Of a stretch of 64,000 bases of DNA, positions 53,601 through 63,889 are shown piece after piece (position 1 is the stretch's first letter; each line of letters opens with the position of its first letter). The notes below the pieces were generated by a model, which worked only from the letters and a program-made list of their open reading frames with translations, ran no database searches and was not told the origin of the DNA. A program made the position numbers and the translations under genes. Source of the DNA: Bugula neritina (taxonomy: Eukaryota > Animalia > Bryozoa); assembly GCA_964035545.1 (NCBI GenBank), contig OZ037772.1, forward strand, positions 3,253,538 through 3,317,537, in the 5' to 3' direction.

Positions 53601-56578
53601 ATTGAGCGCTCAGGACAGGTGTCTATCCAGAATGAGTCTCGCTTGAAACCGTATTGGGCTAGCCCTGACGGAGTGGGAGAAGCCCCCCCGTTGTTAGAGC
53701 CCAGGAGGCAGACAACGACGCGCGGGCGACGGCGGCATGGACCTGAATACGAAGTGGTCATACCGCGGGAGGAAAACTTGGTGAGAGAGGAGCGGCAGCT
53801 TCTACCAACAGAAGCGTGTCCGCCACCGCCAAGTCTAATTCCATCACTTCCAGAAACCGAGCCGGTTCCGGAAGTGCAAACCCCCACGGAGGGAGGGGCT
53901 CCATCCGGAGAACAAGAAGAGGTGACCACTAACGGTGAAGTAGAGACGCCATTTGAGGCCCCTACTAACGAACCGGCAAGCGTGTCACCCCCCCTAGAAA
54001 GGGGACAGCGTACGAGGAAACCCCCACCGTATTTGAAAGACTTCATATGTGACTGCATCAGAAGCGGCGCATATGAAAGTCTAGGGGAAAACCGTACGAT
54101 AAAATGTTGGAGTTGTGAACCCCACGCAAATATCAACTTTTGCGAGGGCGGAATAGTGGGAGGAATTAATGCGCGTAAAGCAAATAGTTCCGACCTCGTG
54201 CCTCAGAAACGATGCTCAGCCTTTTCTTATGCTGACATCGCCAAAGGCAGACGTATCCCACAACCAGCTCCAACCTTACCAAGAACGTTGAGTATGGACA
54301 TTAATACCGAGTTCCCAGGTAAGCCAGTATAAGTCTTGTATTCCTATTCATGGAAACGGGCTCGATGCCAGTAAATTCTGAACTAATTCAGCAGATTGAA
54401 TCAGAATTACTGGGAACCACGTTTCATGTGAATGACGATGAAGACACTGTAATGACCGACGGTCTGTTAGACCTGGAGCTAGACACTGTTCTTGGTCAGT
54501 CCACACATGATTCATCAGTTCCTCGAGTGCATTCCAAAAGCTGTGACTCTCAGGCTAGCAACGGTCGACAGTCACTAGAATTATGTTGTAAAGATCCACC
54601 GCGATCTAACAATAATTCTACTTTTGTAGACACACTCGCACCCGTCTCTACGGACATGCCTTCTCTAGAGATGGCATGGGACCCAGAGCCGGCCCCAACA
54701 ACTCCTACCACCAGGCAACTACCACCCCAGTTGGAAGCAACCTCCAACTGGATTACCCCTGCCACAGAGAGGGAAATCAGGACCCATCAAGGAGGTGAGA
54801 GTAATCGTGAATGCAACCTCTGCCAGCAGCGATTCACAACCCACCGCAGACTAAAGGTGCACTTGCCACAGCACTACATCACCACTTTCTGCCCTTGCGG
54901 AGAATATAGCTATAACCGTGATTACCTACTGCGGCACCAACGTACTATGCAGTGCTATCAAGGACATGTCTATGAAGTAGACGAATCATCATATCCTGCC
55001 TTTCTCAACGCCATCAAACCACTCATCACTGACTCAGCTCGGCTATCTCGCCTGGAGCAAGGCTTCCCTTCCCCGCGACCTATCATCTCTGGAGCCACAG
55101 ATAAACCTACACAGTCTGCTAACTCTCCACCTCACAGTCCTATACGCATGCCGCATACCTTTCCTCGTGTCGTACTACAGAGAGTAGACACAAATGCGTA
55201 TACACTCCCTCCTCCTCTTCCATCCTCAGAGCGGAAACGACACAGGCAACCAACTTCCTCTCGCTCGTCCCCCTGGGCCCGTAACCTACGTGAGGTAGAA
55301 GCTAGGGCGCAGGACTTGGAGCAAGAAGTCTACAGGCTGGCCCCACGAATACAGGCAGCCTCCAGTGAACTCAAATACTTACAGGAGTCGATTAAACGCA
55401 TGAAGCGTGCGGCCCGCAGTTAACTCGAGTCTACCTACCACTCCCTACTACTCATTCCCCTACCTCTCTGTGGCATTCCCTACCGTAATGGTGGCACGTA
55501 CTCTATATGTAGATAGGACCTTCTCTTGCTTATTACTTAGTGCACGATATATATATCTGTATATTTTTTACCAGTTGTTGTTTTTTTTATATACTTTTAT
55601 GCTGTTCTCTTACCCCCCAACGAAGTATACGTTTTTTTATGTGAATCTTATTTTATCAGAAAGTGGGCTTTCTGCTGGAGGGGGCAGTGTGGTGGCTCGT
55701 GGAGCTACCAGCAACACAATACGCAAGGTTGCGTATTGACCCGGAACAATGTATTAGCCAATTAACTAAGCTGTTTGATAAGTAATAGTAGCCGCTTCGC
55801 GCTACTAGCTCAGTTGAGGATAGTGCTGTAAATTAAATAGACGTGCGTATCATTACTGTTACACATTGGATTTTATTATGTATTCTGGTATTAAATATAA
55901 CAATATCTACTCGACTTAACTGGTGAAGTTTCTCTAGTGTTAAATAGACTCTCTTGGTGGCACATCAACCCTAAATCTGAAAACTATAACAATATTCCTA
56001 GTCTTCAAAATATCAGACAACGCTTTCCAAGTGATATTTTCATTAAGCATAAGTTGTCTTCTAAGATATTCATCTCTTAAACCAACTACTGCCATACTAA
56101 TAGCAAACCTTTGTCTAAGGTCTTCCACATTAGCCCCTTCAACAAATCCTAAATTTCTACTATGTTTCTCAACACGTAGCAAATACTCTAACTCATCTTC
56201 GCCGCATGTTTGAGACAAAGTTGCTGCCTTAACCCAAGCCACATGAACATTTTCTGTTTTCTCATAGTGACCTTTCAACAAGTTTAAAGCATCATTATGA
56301 GCATTATCATCATTCCTTTCAAGATCAAATCCTGAAGATTGTAACACATCAATACCCTCATCTCCAATGGTATTGAGCAAAGCTAGAAGCTTAGCTTCAC
56401 CTCTAAATCTATTTACTGCAATATTGGACAGCATTTCAGTACCCATTTCAAGGGTTGCTAATCGAACTGACAGGTTGTATTTTACCAACCATTTCTTAAA
56501 ACAATCACTCTGATTATCGGAGCTCAAAACTAACTTAGGAAACCGATTGAGGTCGGTGAACCTAGTGTTAGTTGCCAT
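47654..56578 (-). CDS. gag: Gag (two CCHC knuckles) plus aspartic protease, split by the Gypsy insertion (segments 55992-56578 and 47654-48548)
   Basis: Removing 48553-55991 and one ATAT gives the continuous frame ...KTRNIARESAAMVSEV...; CYVCHKPEHVARNC, CYACGKHAHIARDC, LDTGAD. Confidence 0.9.
48858..48875 (+). promoter_or_regulatory. Primer binding site, tRNA-Leu type
   Basis: TGGTGGCAGCGGTGGGAT, 18 nt complementary to the metazoan tRNA-Leu 3' end ATCCCACCGCTGCCACCA. Confidence 0.88.
48890..49756 (+). CDS. gag: Gag, 288 aa, lacking an intact zinc knuckle
   Basis: ATG just after the PBS; capsid-type motif APTFTGSEDVEQFIQEF. Confidence 0.9.
   Translation: METENAGMQPPPVEGERRNAVNPVNYEGEEAYRHYLKAPTFTGSEDVEQFIQEFREVMEVAQWPHRVALIQLRRAVTEQAKPYGVGTDVNGILAALRARFGTSVIDARTKLERLCRTPRTSLQEHAATVKKLVQIAYSDLPAQHQERYTYDAFVQSLNDLGLDHHLRAKGITRIEDALKAGEAYLLATQMHRAQRNPPVVGVSAARATTGSEALPLEAEVDRMVEMLGQLVTILAGAGPGQALRMPPTPVGQGWSSADQDQRQKGRPQYQGALNCHGPRTFSLPAGRN
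49705..49749 (+). promoter_or_regulatory. -1 ribosomal frameshift signal
   Basis: G_TTA_AAC in gag phase, 5-nt spacer, perfect 10-bp stem CGGCCCGCGG/CCGCGGGCCG; the -1 frame is homologous to the pol N-terminus of copy 3. Confidence 0.8.
49705..54332 (+). pseudogene. pol: Pol (PR-RT-RNaseH-IN) with two lesions
   Basis: LDSG, YLDD, DASD, HHCC, GPY motifs; frameshift in the G10 run 50049-50058 and TAG at 52152-52154 where copy 3 has TCG. Confidence 0.92.
54350..55423 (+). CDS. Accessory ORF3: C2H2-type zinc-finger plus C-terminal coiled-coil protein; probably expressed by splicing 48890-48932 to 54630-55423 (278 aa)
   Basis: CNLC-x12-HLPQH then CPCG...HQRTMQC; heptad helix LREVEARAQDLEQEVYRL; lies between pol and the 3' LTR; homologues in the other two copies. 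Confidence 0.85.
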   Translation: METGSMPVNSELIQQIESELLGTTFHVNDDEDTVMTDGLLDLELDTVLGQSTHDSSVPRVHSKSCDSQASNGRQSLELCCKDPPRSNNNSTFVDTLAPVSTDMPSLEMAWDPEPAPTTPTTRQLPPQLEATSNWITPATEREIRTHQGGESNRECNLCQQRFTTHRRLKVHLPQHYITTFCPCGEYSYNRDYLLRHQRTMQCYQGHVYEVDESSYPAFLNAIKPLITDSARLSRLEQGFPSPRPIISGATDKPTQSANSPPHSPIRMPHTFPRVVLQRVDTNAYTLPPPLPSSERKRHRQPTSSRSSPWARNLREVEARAQDLEQEVYRLAPRIQAASSELKYLQESIKRMKRAARS

Positions 56579-57049
56579 TATGATCTGAATGTGAGCGTGA
56601 TATAAAATTTAAAATTTTAATTTTCACTACCAGAAAGCTTAATTATTTTAATAACCCTGTTAATCCTTAAACCTAATATTAAATTTGAATTTATCAAATC
56701 TAATACTTTAACCGAATTATGAATAATAATATTAATATTTGAATTTCACTGTCACTCCACTAACTACTACTCTTACTCTACTGATAACACAAAATAAACT
56801 CCACAAATGTATCTCGAATAAACTTTTATAGTTACTCTCCACTGTTTGCCTCCCCTCTATTATTTGATTCTGCTCCACTATTCACTTTTCTCCACTATTT
56901 GATTCTTCTCCGAACTCCACTATTTGATTCTGCTCCACTCTTTATTTCTTCTCCACTATTTGATTCTTCTCCGAACTCCACTATTTGATTCTGCTCCACT
57001 CTTTATTTCTTCTCCACTATTCACTCCTTCTCCGCTGTTGACTGTCTAC

Positions 57050-57068
57050 AATCCTGCTGACTGCGCCA
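57050..57068 (-). promoter_or_regulatory. Primer binding site, tRNA-Ser type
   Basis: TGGCGCAGTCAGCAGGATT immediately after the 5' LTR. Confidence 0.8.
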
Positions 57069-58216
57069 TGCAATATACGGTCCTACTTACTCGACAGTCT
57101 GTGAAAGAGTTCCCTCATGCAGTCTTTACTTTTACTTTCACTCTCACAATAGCCAATATCCAAGCCGTACAAGCTGGTAGGAAATCCGGTAGGGAATCCG
57201 AATGCTTGTAAGGCAGTTAGCCAATCGTCTCAGGTTAGCTTGTAGCTTATCTGCTAAAGACTATAAACCGCATTATATTCCAATAGACAGATATCTTAAT
57301 ACTAATAATATAAACTAATAGCTCAGTATTGCCTTAGTTATGCGTGGGGGTTCAGTGATAAAACTCCTATAAACCACACAGTTCGATAATGAAAGACTGT
57401 GACTTTTCACGAACAGACATCTCATCTCTGATTCTAATGAAAAATCACGAAATTTTCAGACAAACGATACTGCATTTCAACTTTGTGACTATCACATGAT
57501 AATAATCATTGTCATTTGAAAGATTCTGCTAAAATCGAAATGCCAATGTTAATCACAAGGTCAACCATAAATGACTCAGTCTGATGACTGACGGTTATGC
57601 TTAATGATTAATTAGTAATATTGTTAAGATTTCCAGATTTAGGGTTGATGTGCTATCCAGAGAGTCTATTTATCTACTATAGAACTACACCAGGCTAAGT
57701 CGAGTGAACGAGTATATTTTATACACAACTATACATTATAAAACACGATACATTATTTCCAAACAAGTTACACATCTAATCTATTTCACACTCTAGCTTC
57801 GACTGAGTTAGCAGCGGGAAACTACAATTGCTGCTAACTATCAACTACGCTAATTGGCTATCCATTGTTCCGGGTCAATTACGCGACCCTACATGTTGTG
57901 CTGCTGGTAGTTCCACGAACCACCACACCGCCCCCACCAGCAGAAAGCCATCTTTCTGATATATAAATAAAAAAAACATTCAATAGTAATTGCATACATC
58001 AGTGGACAAAAATAATACATAATATACAGGAAGAGACATAATAATAGACAGAGTCATTATAACGATCCGTTGCATACAATTGGCCAGCTGTAGATAGACG
58101 AGGAATACTAGCTAGCTGTGGTGTTAGACAGGGGATAACCTGTTAAGCAGTCAAACATTTACATGACATCTGGGCTTCTCCCAAGAGGCGGAGTTGGAGT
58201 ACTCCGAGTAGTCTAA

Positions 58217-59004
58217 CTAGAGTCCTTGTTGGGCACGCCGGTGCTTGGCTTGGCATGTACGCAGTTTCCGTTTCATACGGCATACGGATCCCTTTTGCTG
58301 GAAGAGTCCTGTTGTAGTGTTAAGTAGATCTGGTGCCAGCTGGGTGAACTCTTCTTGTAATCGTAGGAGGCGTTCTTCTACTGTGGCTAGTCGTACCGGG
58401 TCTGGGGACGGTGTCCGTCTGCGGCGTAAGGGTGGACTGGGGGAACTGGTCCGTCTCTTCGCCGGGGTAGGGGAGATCTCTCCTTCTTCTGGATATGTAA
58501 TTTCCTCGGGGGTGTATGTAATTTGAGGGCGGTCAGACACCAACGGGGATTGTTGGCGAGCGTTGTCTAACACACGTTGGAACCCCGAGGATAGAACGGC
58601 TAATAGCATGGCTTTCTTTACCAGAGGTCGTATATATGTGAGGAACTCCGGGTACAGCTTAGCGTCGACCACATAGTTTTCTCCAGGGAAACAGCCCGCC
58701 GCTCTGTGTCTGGTGACGGGGTAGGGGTACACATCATTGTACCCGCAGGGGCAGAAGGTCAGTAGGAGATGAGCATTGACGTGTAGTTTAAGGGAGCGGT
58801 GAGAGGCGCAATCTTCACCACAGATCTGGCATCTCGTCCGTCCTCTGGACCCCCAGGCTGTTTCTATTTCTTCTTCGGTTTGTGGAGACACCCACCGCCA
58901 ACGGCGGCGTAGTGGCTCAGGCCGATCACCACTAGCATAGTCCTCCGGATACGGAACGGGAAGTGTTCTATCCCGTACCCTGGTTGTAGCGAGTCGAGTG
59001 TAAT
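58217..59004 (-). CDS. Accessory ORF3 homologue (zinc finger plus coiled coil), 3' exon
   Basis: CQIC-x12-HVNAH, FCPCG...HRAAGC, LATVEERLLRLQEEF; no ATG start upstream of the fingers; frame open from acceptor TACTAAC...TTTTTCAG at 59005. Confidence 0.82.
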
Positions 59005-59317
59005 CTGAAAAAGTTTCAACAGTGTTAGTACAGTATACTGCTGTGTTGTCAGCTTGAACAGCTTGGCAACTCCTAATTCAGTTACCTCGTAGAGATTAAT
59101 GATAGTGAATAGTCAGATAGAACCGTATTGCAATGAGATTATAAAAATCTCTAAGTCAAACTGAGTTCTTACTACGGTATTTCACTAACCTATCTCCAGC
59201 TCGATTGACTCAGTGAGTCAGAGCTGAGCGATGCAATCTAGTTTCGTATTAAGATATAGTTAACTCACCCCACGATCTGTTGTCGTAAGACATACTGAAT
59301 ATGTGAAATGGTTTGAA

Positions 59318-62300
59318 CTACTGCTTAGAAACACGTCTACTCTTGACTGCATCAGCGTATGAAAAGATCGAGCAACGTGGTTGAGGTGCGTGATTAAGAC
59401 TTTGTGCACCCGGCGGATGAATTTTATTTCTATTTCCGCCGATGTAAAAGTTGATATTCCCGTGGTGTTGACAACTCCCACATTTGCTCGATTCTTTTCT
59501 CGTACGGCTTTCCCCTAGACTTTCATGCGTGCCGCTTTTAACGCAGTCACATACGAAGTCCTTCAAGTATGCGGGGGGTTGCCTCGTACGCTGTCCCCTT
59601 TCTAGGGGGGGTGACACGCTTGCCGGTTCGTTAGTAGGGGCCTCTAATGGCGTCTCTACTTCACCGTCAGCAGTCACCTCTTCTTGTTCTCCGGATGGAG
59701 CCCCTCCCTCCGCCGGGGTTTGCACTTCCGGAACCGGCTCGGTTTCTGGAAGTGATGGAATTAGACTTGGCGGTGGCGGACACGCTTCTGTTGGTAGAAG
59801 CTGCCGCTCCTCTCTCACCAAGTTTTCCTCCCGCGGTATGACCACTTCGTATTCAGGTCCATGCCGCCATCGCCCGCGCGTTGTTGTCTGCCTCCTGGGC
59901 TCTAACAACGGGGGGGCTTCTCCCACTCCGCCGGGGCTAGCCCAATACGGTTTCAAGCGAGACTCATTCTGGATAGATACCTGTCCTGAGCGCTCGATCT
60001 TGTACGTATGATTGGGCATAGCCTCGACGACCACGTAGGGGCCTACGAACTTAGGCTTCAGCTTATCAGCCTGTCCGCGGCGCCTACGGTAATTGACCAT
60101 CCACACCTTATCTCCCCTTTGATAGAGAGGTGGTTCATCGGAATCTTCGTGCCGCACCTTCCACTGCTGTTGACGCAGTATCTCGTGTGCGGCCTTCATC
60201 CGTTCCACTAGTTCACTGGCATACTCATGGACTGAGTTATCCTGCTCTGGAACGTGATAGGTGAGATGGTCAGGGACACGAGTCTCCCTCCCGAGCATCA
60301 AGAGGTTTGGGGTCTCACCAGTACTGGTGTGTGGGGTGCTACGGTATGCACGCATGACTTGCGGCAACACTGTATCCCATTCCTCTTGACCTCGTCCAAG
60401 GAGGAGACTCCGGAGTGCATCACCTAGCATCCGGTTGTTGCGCTCCACCACCCCGTTACCTTGAGGGTGGTAGGGGGTGGTCCTGCTCTGATTTACTCCC
60501 CAGAGGTGGCAAAGGTCGCTCATCAGTTGAGACTGGAATTGAGCGCCTTGATCAGAGTGTATCTGTTCGGGAAGCCCAAAATAACAGAATACATGTTGGT
60601 CTAGTGCCCTGGCCACTGTTGGGGCTGATGCATCTGGGATAGCCAGAGCATCCGCCCACCTAGTAAAGTGGTCGGTTAGTACTAGGATCCAATTATTGCC
60701 TCTGGGGGTCAGGGGCATGGGTCCGACCAGGTCTACAGCGACTACTTGCCAGGGCCTACCAGCATATAGCCTCCGCCGTCCTGCTTCACCAGGGGGGCGG
60801 CTATGCTTACTGGCCTGGCAGATCTCACACTGTTTGACTCTGAGGCGGACGTCACGCTCCATCTGCGGCCAATACCACCGGAGTCGTAATTTGGACATCA
60901 CTCGCTTGACCCCTGCGTGGGCCTGCTTGTGAGTATCCCAAATCAACTCACGGCGGATGGCTGTGGGGCAGACTACCCTCTTCCTTTCCGGGTGTCTGCC
61001 GCTGGCAGCTAGAGAGATGGTTAGCAACCCATCCTGCCCGATCCGCAGCGAGTCCCAACGCTGACAGTATAGCCGGAACTCGGCGCATCCCTGTCGTATG
61101 CGTTCCTCGCTGGGTCGTCGCCCTTCCCTTTTGGCCCAGTATATGTCTGCCACGACTCCAGGCAGCTCTGCTTGGAGCTTCTTCAGCTCTCGAACATTAC
61201 CGGCCAGTACAGGGTTGGCGCGGAGGTTTTGTACATCCTCCGGGGACTCATCAACTCTTTGCCTGAGTTGACCTTGATCCCAGTCAAACGGTGCTCCGTG
61301 ATGAGCCAGCGTCTCCAACTCGCATCGTGGGGGACCTCCATCCCTCCTCTCGATGTTGAGACACTGTTTGCAACCTCCGTCAGGTCGGCGACTTAACCCA
61401 TCCGCATTGCTGTGTCTCTTGCCCGGTCGGTGTTCGATCCGGTACGAGAATTCAGCTAAGATTTCGAGCCACCGGGCGACCTGACTAGAGGGCTCTGCTC
61501 TCCTGCACAACCAGATCAGCGAGGCATGATCCGTACGCAGCCGGAACTTCCTGCCATATAGGTATGGTCTGAAGTGCTTCACTGACTTGATTACTGCCAG
61601 CAGCTCCTTGCGGGTAGTGCAGTAATTTCGTTCAGCGGGAGAGAGAGACTTGCTGTAGTAGGCTACTACTACCTCTCGGCCTTCCTGCACTTGTGACAGC
61701 ACAGCGCCAACATTCTGGTCACTGGCGTCCGTGTCAAGGATGTACTCCAGAGTGGGGTCTGGGTAGGCCAAGACGGGCGTCGTTAGTAGGCAGCCCTTGA
61801 GGCGGTCAAACGCTTCTTGTTCGACTGGAGTCCACTGCCACGTCACTCCCTTTGCGGTGAGCCGGTTTAACGGCTGGGCTATGCCCGCAAAGTCTGGTAT
61901 GTATTGCCTGTAATACCCTACCAGCCCCAAGAAAGCCCGGAGTCCGATCAAGTCTTGGGGGGTGACCCAGTCTTCTACTGCCCGTACCTTTTCGGGATCC
62001 GTCGCCACGCCGTTTCGACCGACAACGTGCCCCAGGTACTTGACCTCCGGCTGCAATAGAGCGCACTTGGAAAGTTTGAGCTTAAGACCGGCACCTCGGA
62101 GTCTCTCGAAAACCTCCTGCAGACGACTGACATGTGTCTCGAAGTCTGGAGAGATTACGATGACATCATCGAGGTAGACCAGCAGTGTCTTCCAATGGAG
62201 TCCGCTAAGGACTTGTTCCATCAGCCTCTGGAAGGTGGCTAGGGCGGAGGTTAACCCGAAGGGCAGCACCTTCCACTTCCACAAACCGTCCCGTGTGATA

Positions 62301-63889
62301 AACGCCGCTTTCACTTGGGCGTCGGGACTCAGAGGAACCTGCCAATAGCCGCTTAGCAAGTCTAACGTACTGAAGTACTTGCTGCCGGCTAGGGCGTCCA
62401 ATGACTCGTCAATACGAGGTAGAGGGTAGGCGTCCTGTATGGTTACGCTATTGAGTTTGCGGTAGTCCACACAGAACCGCCAACTGCCGTCTTTCTTCCG
62501 GACCAGTACGACTGGCGAGCTCCACGCACTATGGGCGGGCTCTATCAGTCCCCGGTCCAGAAGATCCCGTACTTGTCGGCTAACCTCCTTCTCTTTTTCC
62601 GGCCCCAGCCTGCGCGTGGGCTGCCGGACAGGGACTGTCCCTGCAGTCAGCGGTATTTCGTGTCTGACAATTCCAGTCAGTCCCACGTCATGCTCTCCGC
62701 TGCTGAACACATCACCGTAGTCGCGTAGTAACTTAGCCATAGCTTGGCGTTCCCTGTTACTCGCGCAGCCGCCACTGGCTGTTTCATATAACTCCCGGAG
62801 ATGTGTTGGGACTGCCCCTCGTCCCTGAATAGGGTGTCGAGGGAGTGCCTCTGTCGCATCATCCAGCGACGGGCCTACGTCTCCCTCCTGAACAGAGTGA
62901 AAACGGTCCAGCATCGACCCAGCCGGGAGCTTGATAGGCTCGGTAAAGGGGTTGACGCACTGCACTAAGATCTCCCCTTGCTCAGTCAGCTGATTCAGAC
63001 TGCTGGCAAGTTGGATCTTTTCGTGCGCGCCTTCAACCACCCCGAGTCCAGAGATCCGGCTACTATTCACCCTGCAGTGAATGGTAGCCCGGGAGCGGCC
63101 TGGTATGGTACGGTTGCGTACCACTTGCACACCTCCCACTAAAGGGCAGCCAAACTTGTCGACGCAGGCGAGTTCCCGCCCGGACATCATCATTGCAGAT
63201 CTGCTAAAATCTATGTGACATCCGTGCCGTTTAAGGAACGGCATCCCGAGGATAGCATCCTCCTTGAGCTGACTGACGATGAACGTCTCTTGGATCGTTT
63301 GATCGCGGACTCGTCCCGTCAGCTCAATTATACCATAGAAGGGAAGGCACGACCCGTCAGCTAGGGTGCCGTATTCCCCTTCGTATGCTTCCATCTCGCC
63401 CCTGACCCTAGCACTGAGGGTGTCGAAGAGTTGGCGGCTTAAGAGGTTTGTGGTACAGCCCGAATCAATGAGAAAAGTAACAGCTTTGCCTTCCAGTTTA
63501 CCGGGCAAGAAATAGCTGTTCCCATGGGGCTGCACCTGAACTCTCCCTTCAGGCCTTACTCTCGCAGGGAGTACCTCCCTCGCTTTGGGTCGCGAAGGAG
63601 GTCTCTTGGGACGGTGATAGGTAGGCCTCGGGGGTGCCGAGGCTAGATTCTCAGCTACCTTTGTGTGCTCCCATCCAGATTCTTGGACTTGTAGCCCTGT
63701 GAATCTGTTGTGAAGGGGCATAGAAAAGGCAGCCGCGGGGCGCAGCCCTTTGCTGGTCCGTCGTGGCTGTTGCCACTGTTGGTTGCCAGTACGCGGTACC
63801 CGTCTGGGTGACCTGCGTTTCTTCTTCCCTAGAGGTTTCATCGTCGGCCCGCGGAAGGTGGGAACATCTGCGGGCCGCGGTAGTTTAAC
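59318..63889 (-). CDS. pol: Intact Pol polyprotein (PR-RT-RNaseH-IN) starting at the -1 slippery site
   Basis: 1543-aa open frame with IDSG, YLDD, DASD, HHCC, DDE-type core and GPY; GTTAAAC at 63883-63889. Confidence 0.96.
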   Translation of the reverse strand, partial: VKLPRPADVPTFRGPTMKPLGKKKRRSPRRVPRTGNQQWQQPRRTSKGLRPAAAFSMPLHNRFTGLQVQESGWEHTKVAENLASAPPRPTYHRPKRPPSRPKAREVLPARVRPEGRVQVQPHGNSYFLPGKLEGKAVTFLIDSGCTTNLLSRQLFDTLSARVRGEMEAYEGEYGTLADGSCLPFYGIIELTGRVRDQTIQETFIVSQLKEDAILGMPFLKRHGCHIDFSRSAMMMSGRELACVDKFGCPLVGGVQVVRNRTIPGRSRATIHCRVNSSRISGLGVVEGAHEKIQLASSLNQLTEQGEILVQCVNPFTEPIKLPAGSMLDRFHSVQEGDVGPSLDDATEALPRHPIQGRGAVPTHLRELYETASGGCASNRERQAMAKLLRDYGDVFSSGEHDVGLTGIVRHEIPLTAGTVPVRQPTRRLGPEKEKEVSRQVRDLLDRGLIEPAHSAWSSPVVLVRKKDGSWRFCVDYRKLNSVTIQDAYPLPRIDESLDALAGSKYFSTLDLLSGYWQVPLSPDAQVKAAFITRDGLWKWKVLPFGLTSALATFQRLMEQVLSGLHWKTLLVYLDDVIVISPDFETHVSRLQEVFERLRGAGLKLKLSKCALLQPEVKYLGHVVGRNGVATDPEKVRAVEDWVTPQDLIGLRAFLGLVGYYRQYIPDFAGIAQPLNRLTAKGVTWQWTPVEQEAFDRLKGCLLTTPVLAYPDPTLEYILDTDASDQNVGAVLSQVQEGREVVVAYYSKSLSPAERNYCTTRKELLAVIKSVKHFRPYLYGRKFRLRTDHASLIWLCRRAEPSSQVARWLEILAEFSYRIEHRPGKRHSNADGLSRRPDGGCKQCLNIERRDGGPPRCELETLAHHGAPFDWDQGQLRQRVDESPEDVQNLRANPVLAGNVRELKKLQAELPGVVADIYWAKREGRRPSEERIRQGCAEFRLYCQRWDSLRIGQDGLLTISLAASGRHPERKRVVCPTAIRRELIWDTHKQAHAGVKRVMSKLRLRWYWPQMERDVRLRVKQCEICQASKHSRPPGEAGRRRLYAGRPWQVVAVDLVGPMPLTPRGNNWILVLTDHFTRWADALAIPDASAPTVARALDQHVFCYFGLPEQIHSDQGAQFQSQLMSDLCHLWGVNQSRTTPYHPQGNGVVERNNRMLGDALRSLLLGRGQEEWDTVLPQVMRAYRSTPHTSTGETPNLLMLGRETRVPDHLTYHVPEQDNSVHEYASELVERMKAAHEILRQQQWKVRHEDSDEPPLYQRGDKVWMVNYRRRRGQADKLKPKFVGPYVVVEAMPNHTYKIERSGQVSIQNESRLKPYWASPGGVGEAPPLLEPRRQTTTRGRWRHGPEYEVVIPREENLVREERQLLPTEACPPPPSLIPSLPETEPVPEVQTPAEGGAPSGEQEEVTADGEVETPLEAPTNEPASVSPPLERGQRTRQPPAYLKDFVCDCVKSGTHESLGESRTRKESSKCGSCQHHGNINFYIGGNRNKIHPPGAQSLNHAPQPRCSIFSYADAVKSRRVSKQ

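Larger units (their letters stand above)
48553..55991 (+). mobile_element. Full-length Ty3/Gypsy LTR retrotransposon copy 2 (7439 bp): gag, pol, ORF3
   Basis: 304-bp LTRs at 48553-48856 and 55688-55991 (2 adjacent mismatches seen), ATAT target duplication, PBS and polypurine tract. Confidence 0.97.
46954..57282 (-). mobile_element. Pol-less gag-protease LTR element (about 2.9 kb on its own) hosting Gypsy copy 2
   Basis: 214-bp LTRs at 46954-47167 and 57069-57282 (1 mismatch seen), ATAGA 5-bp target duplication, PBS, polypurine tract AAAAGGGAGGGCA. Confidence 0.93.

Noticed and set aside
53588-54136. Antisense ORF shared by copies 2 and 3 (59484-60011)
   Set aside because: Shadow frame of near-identical GC-rich pol sequence; not independent conservation
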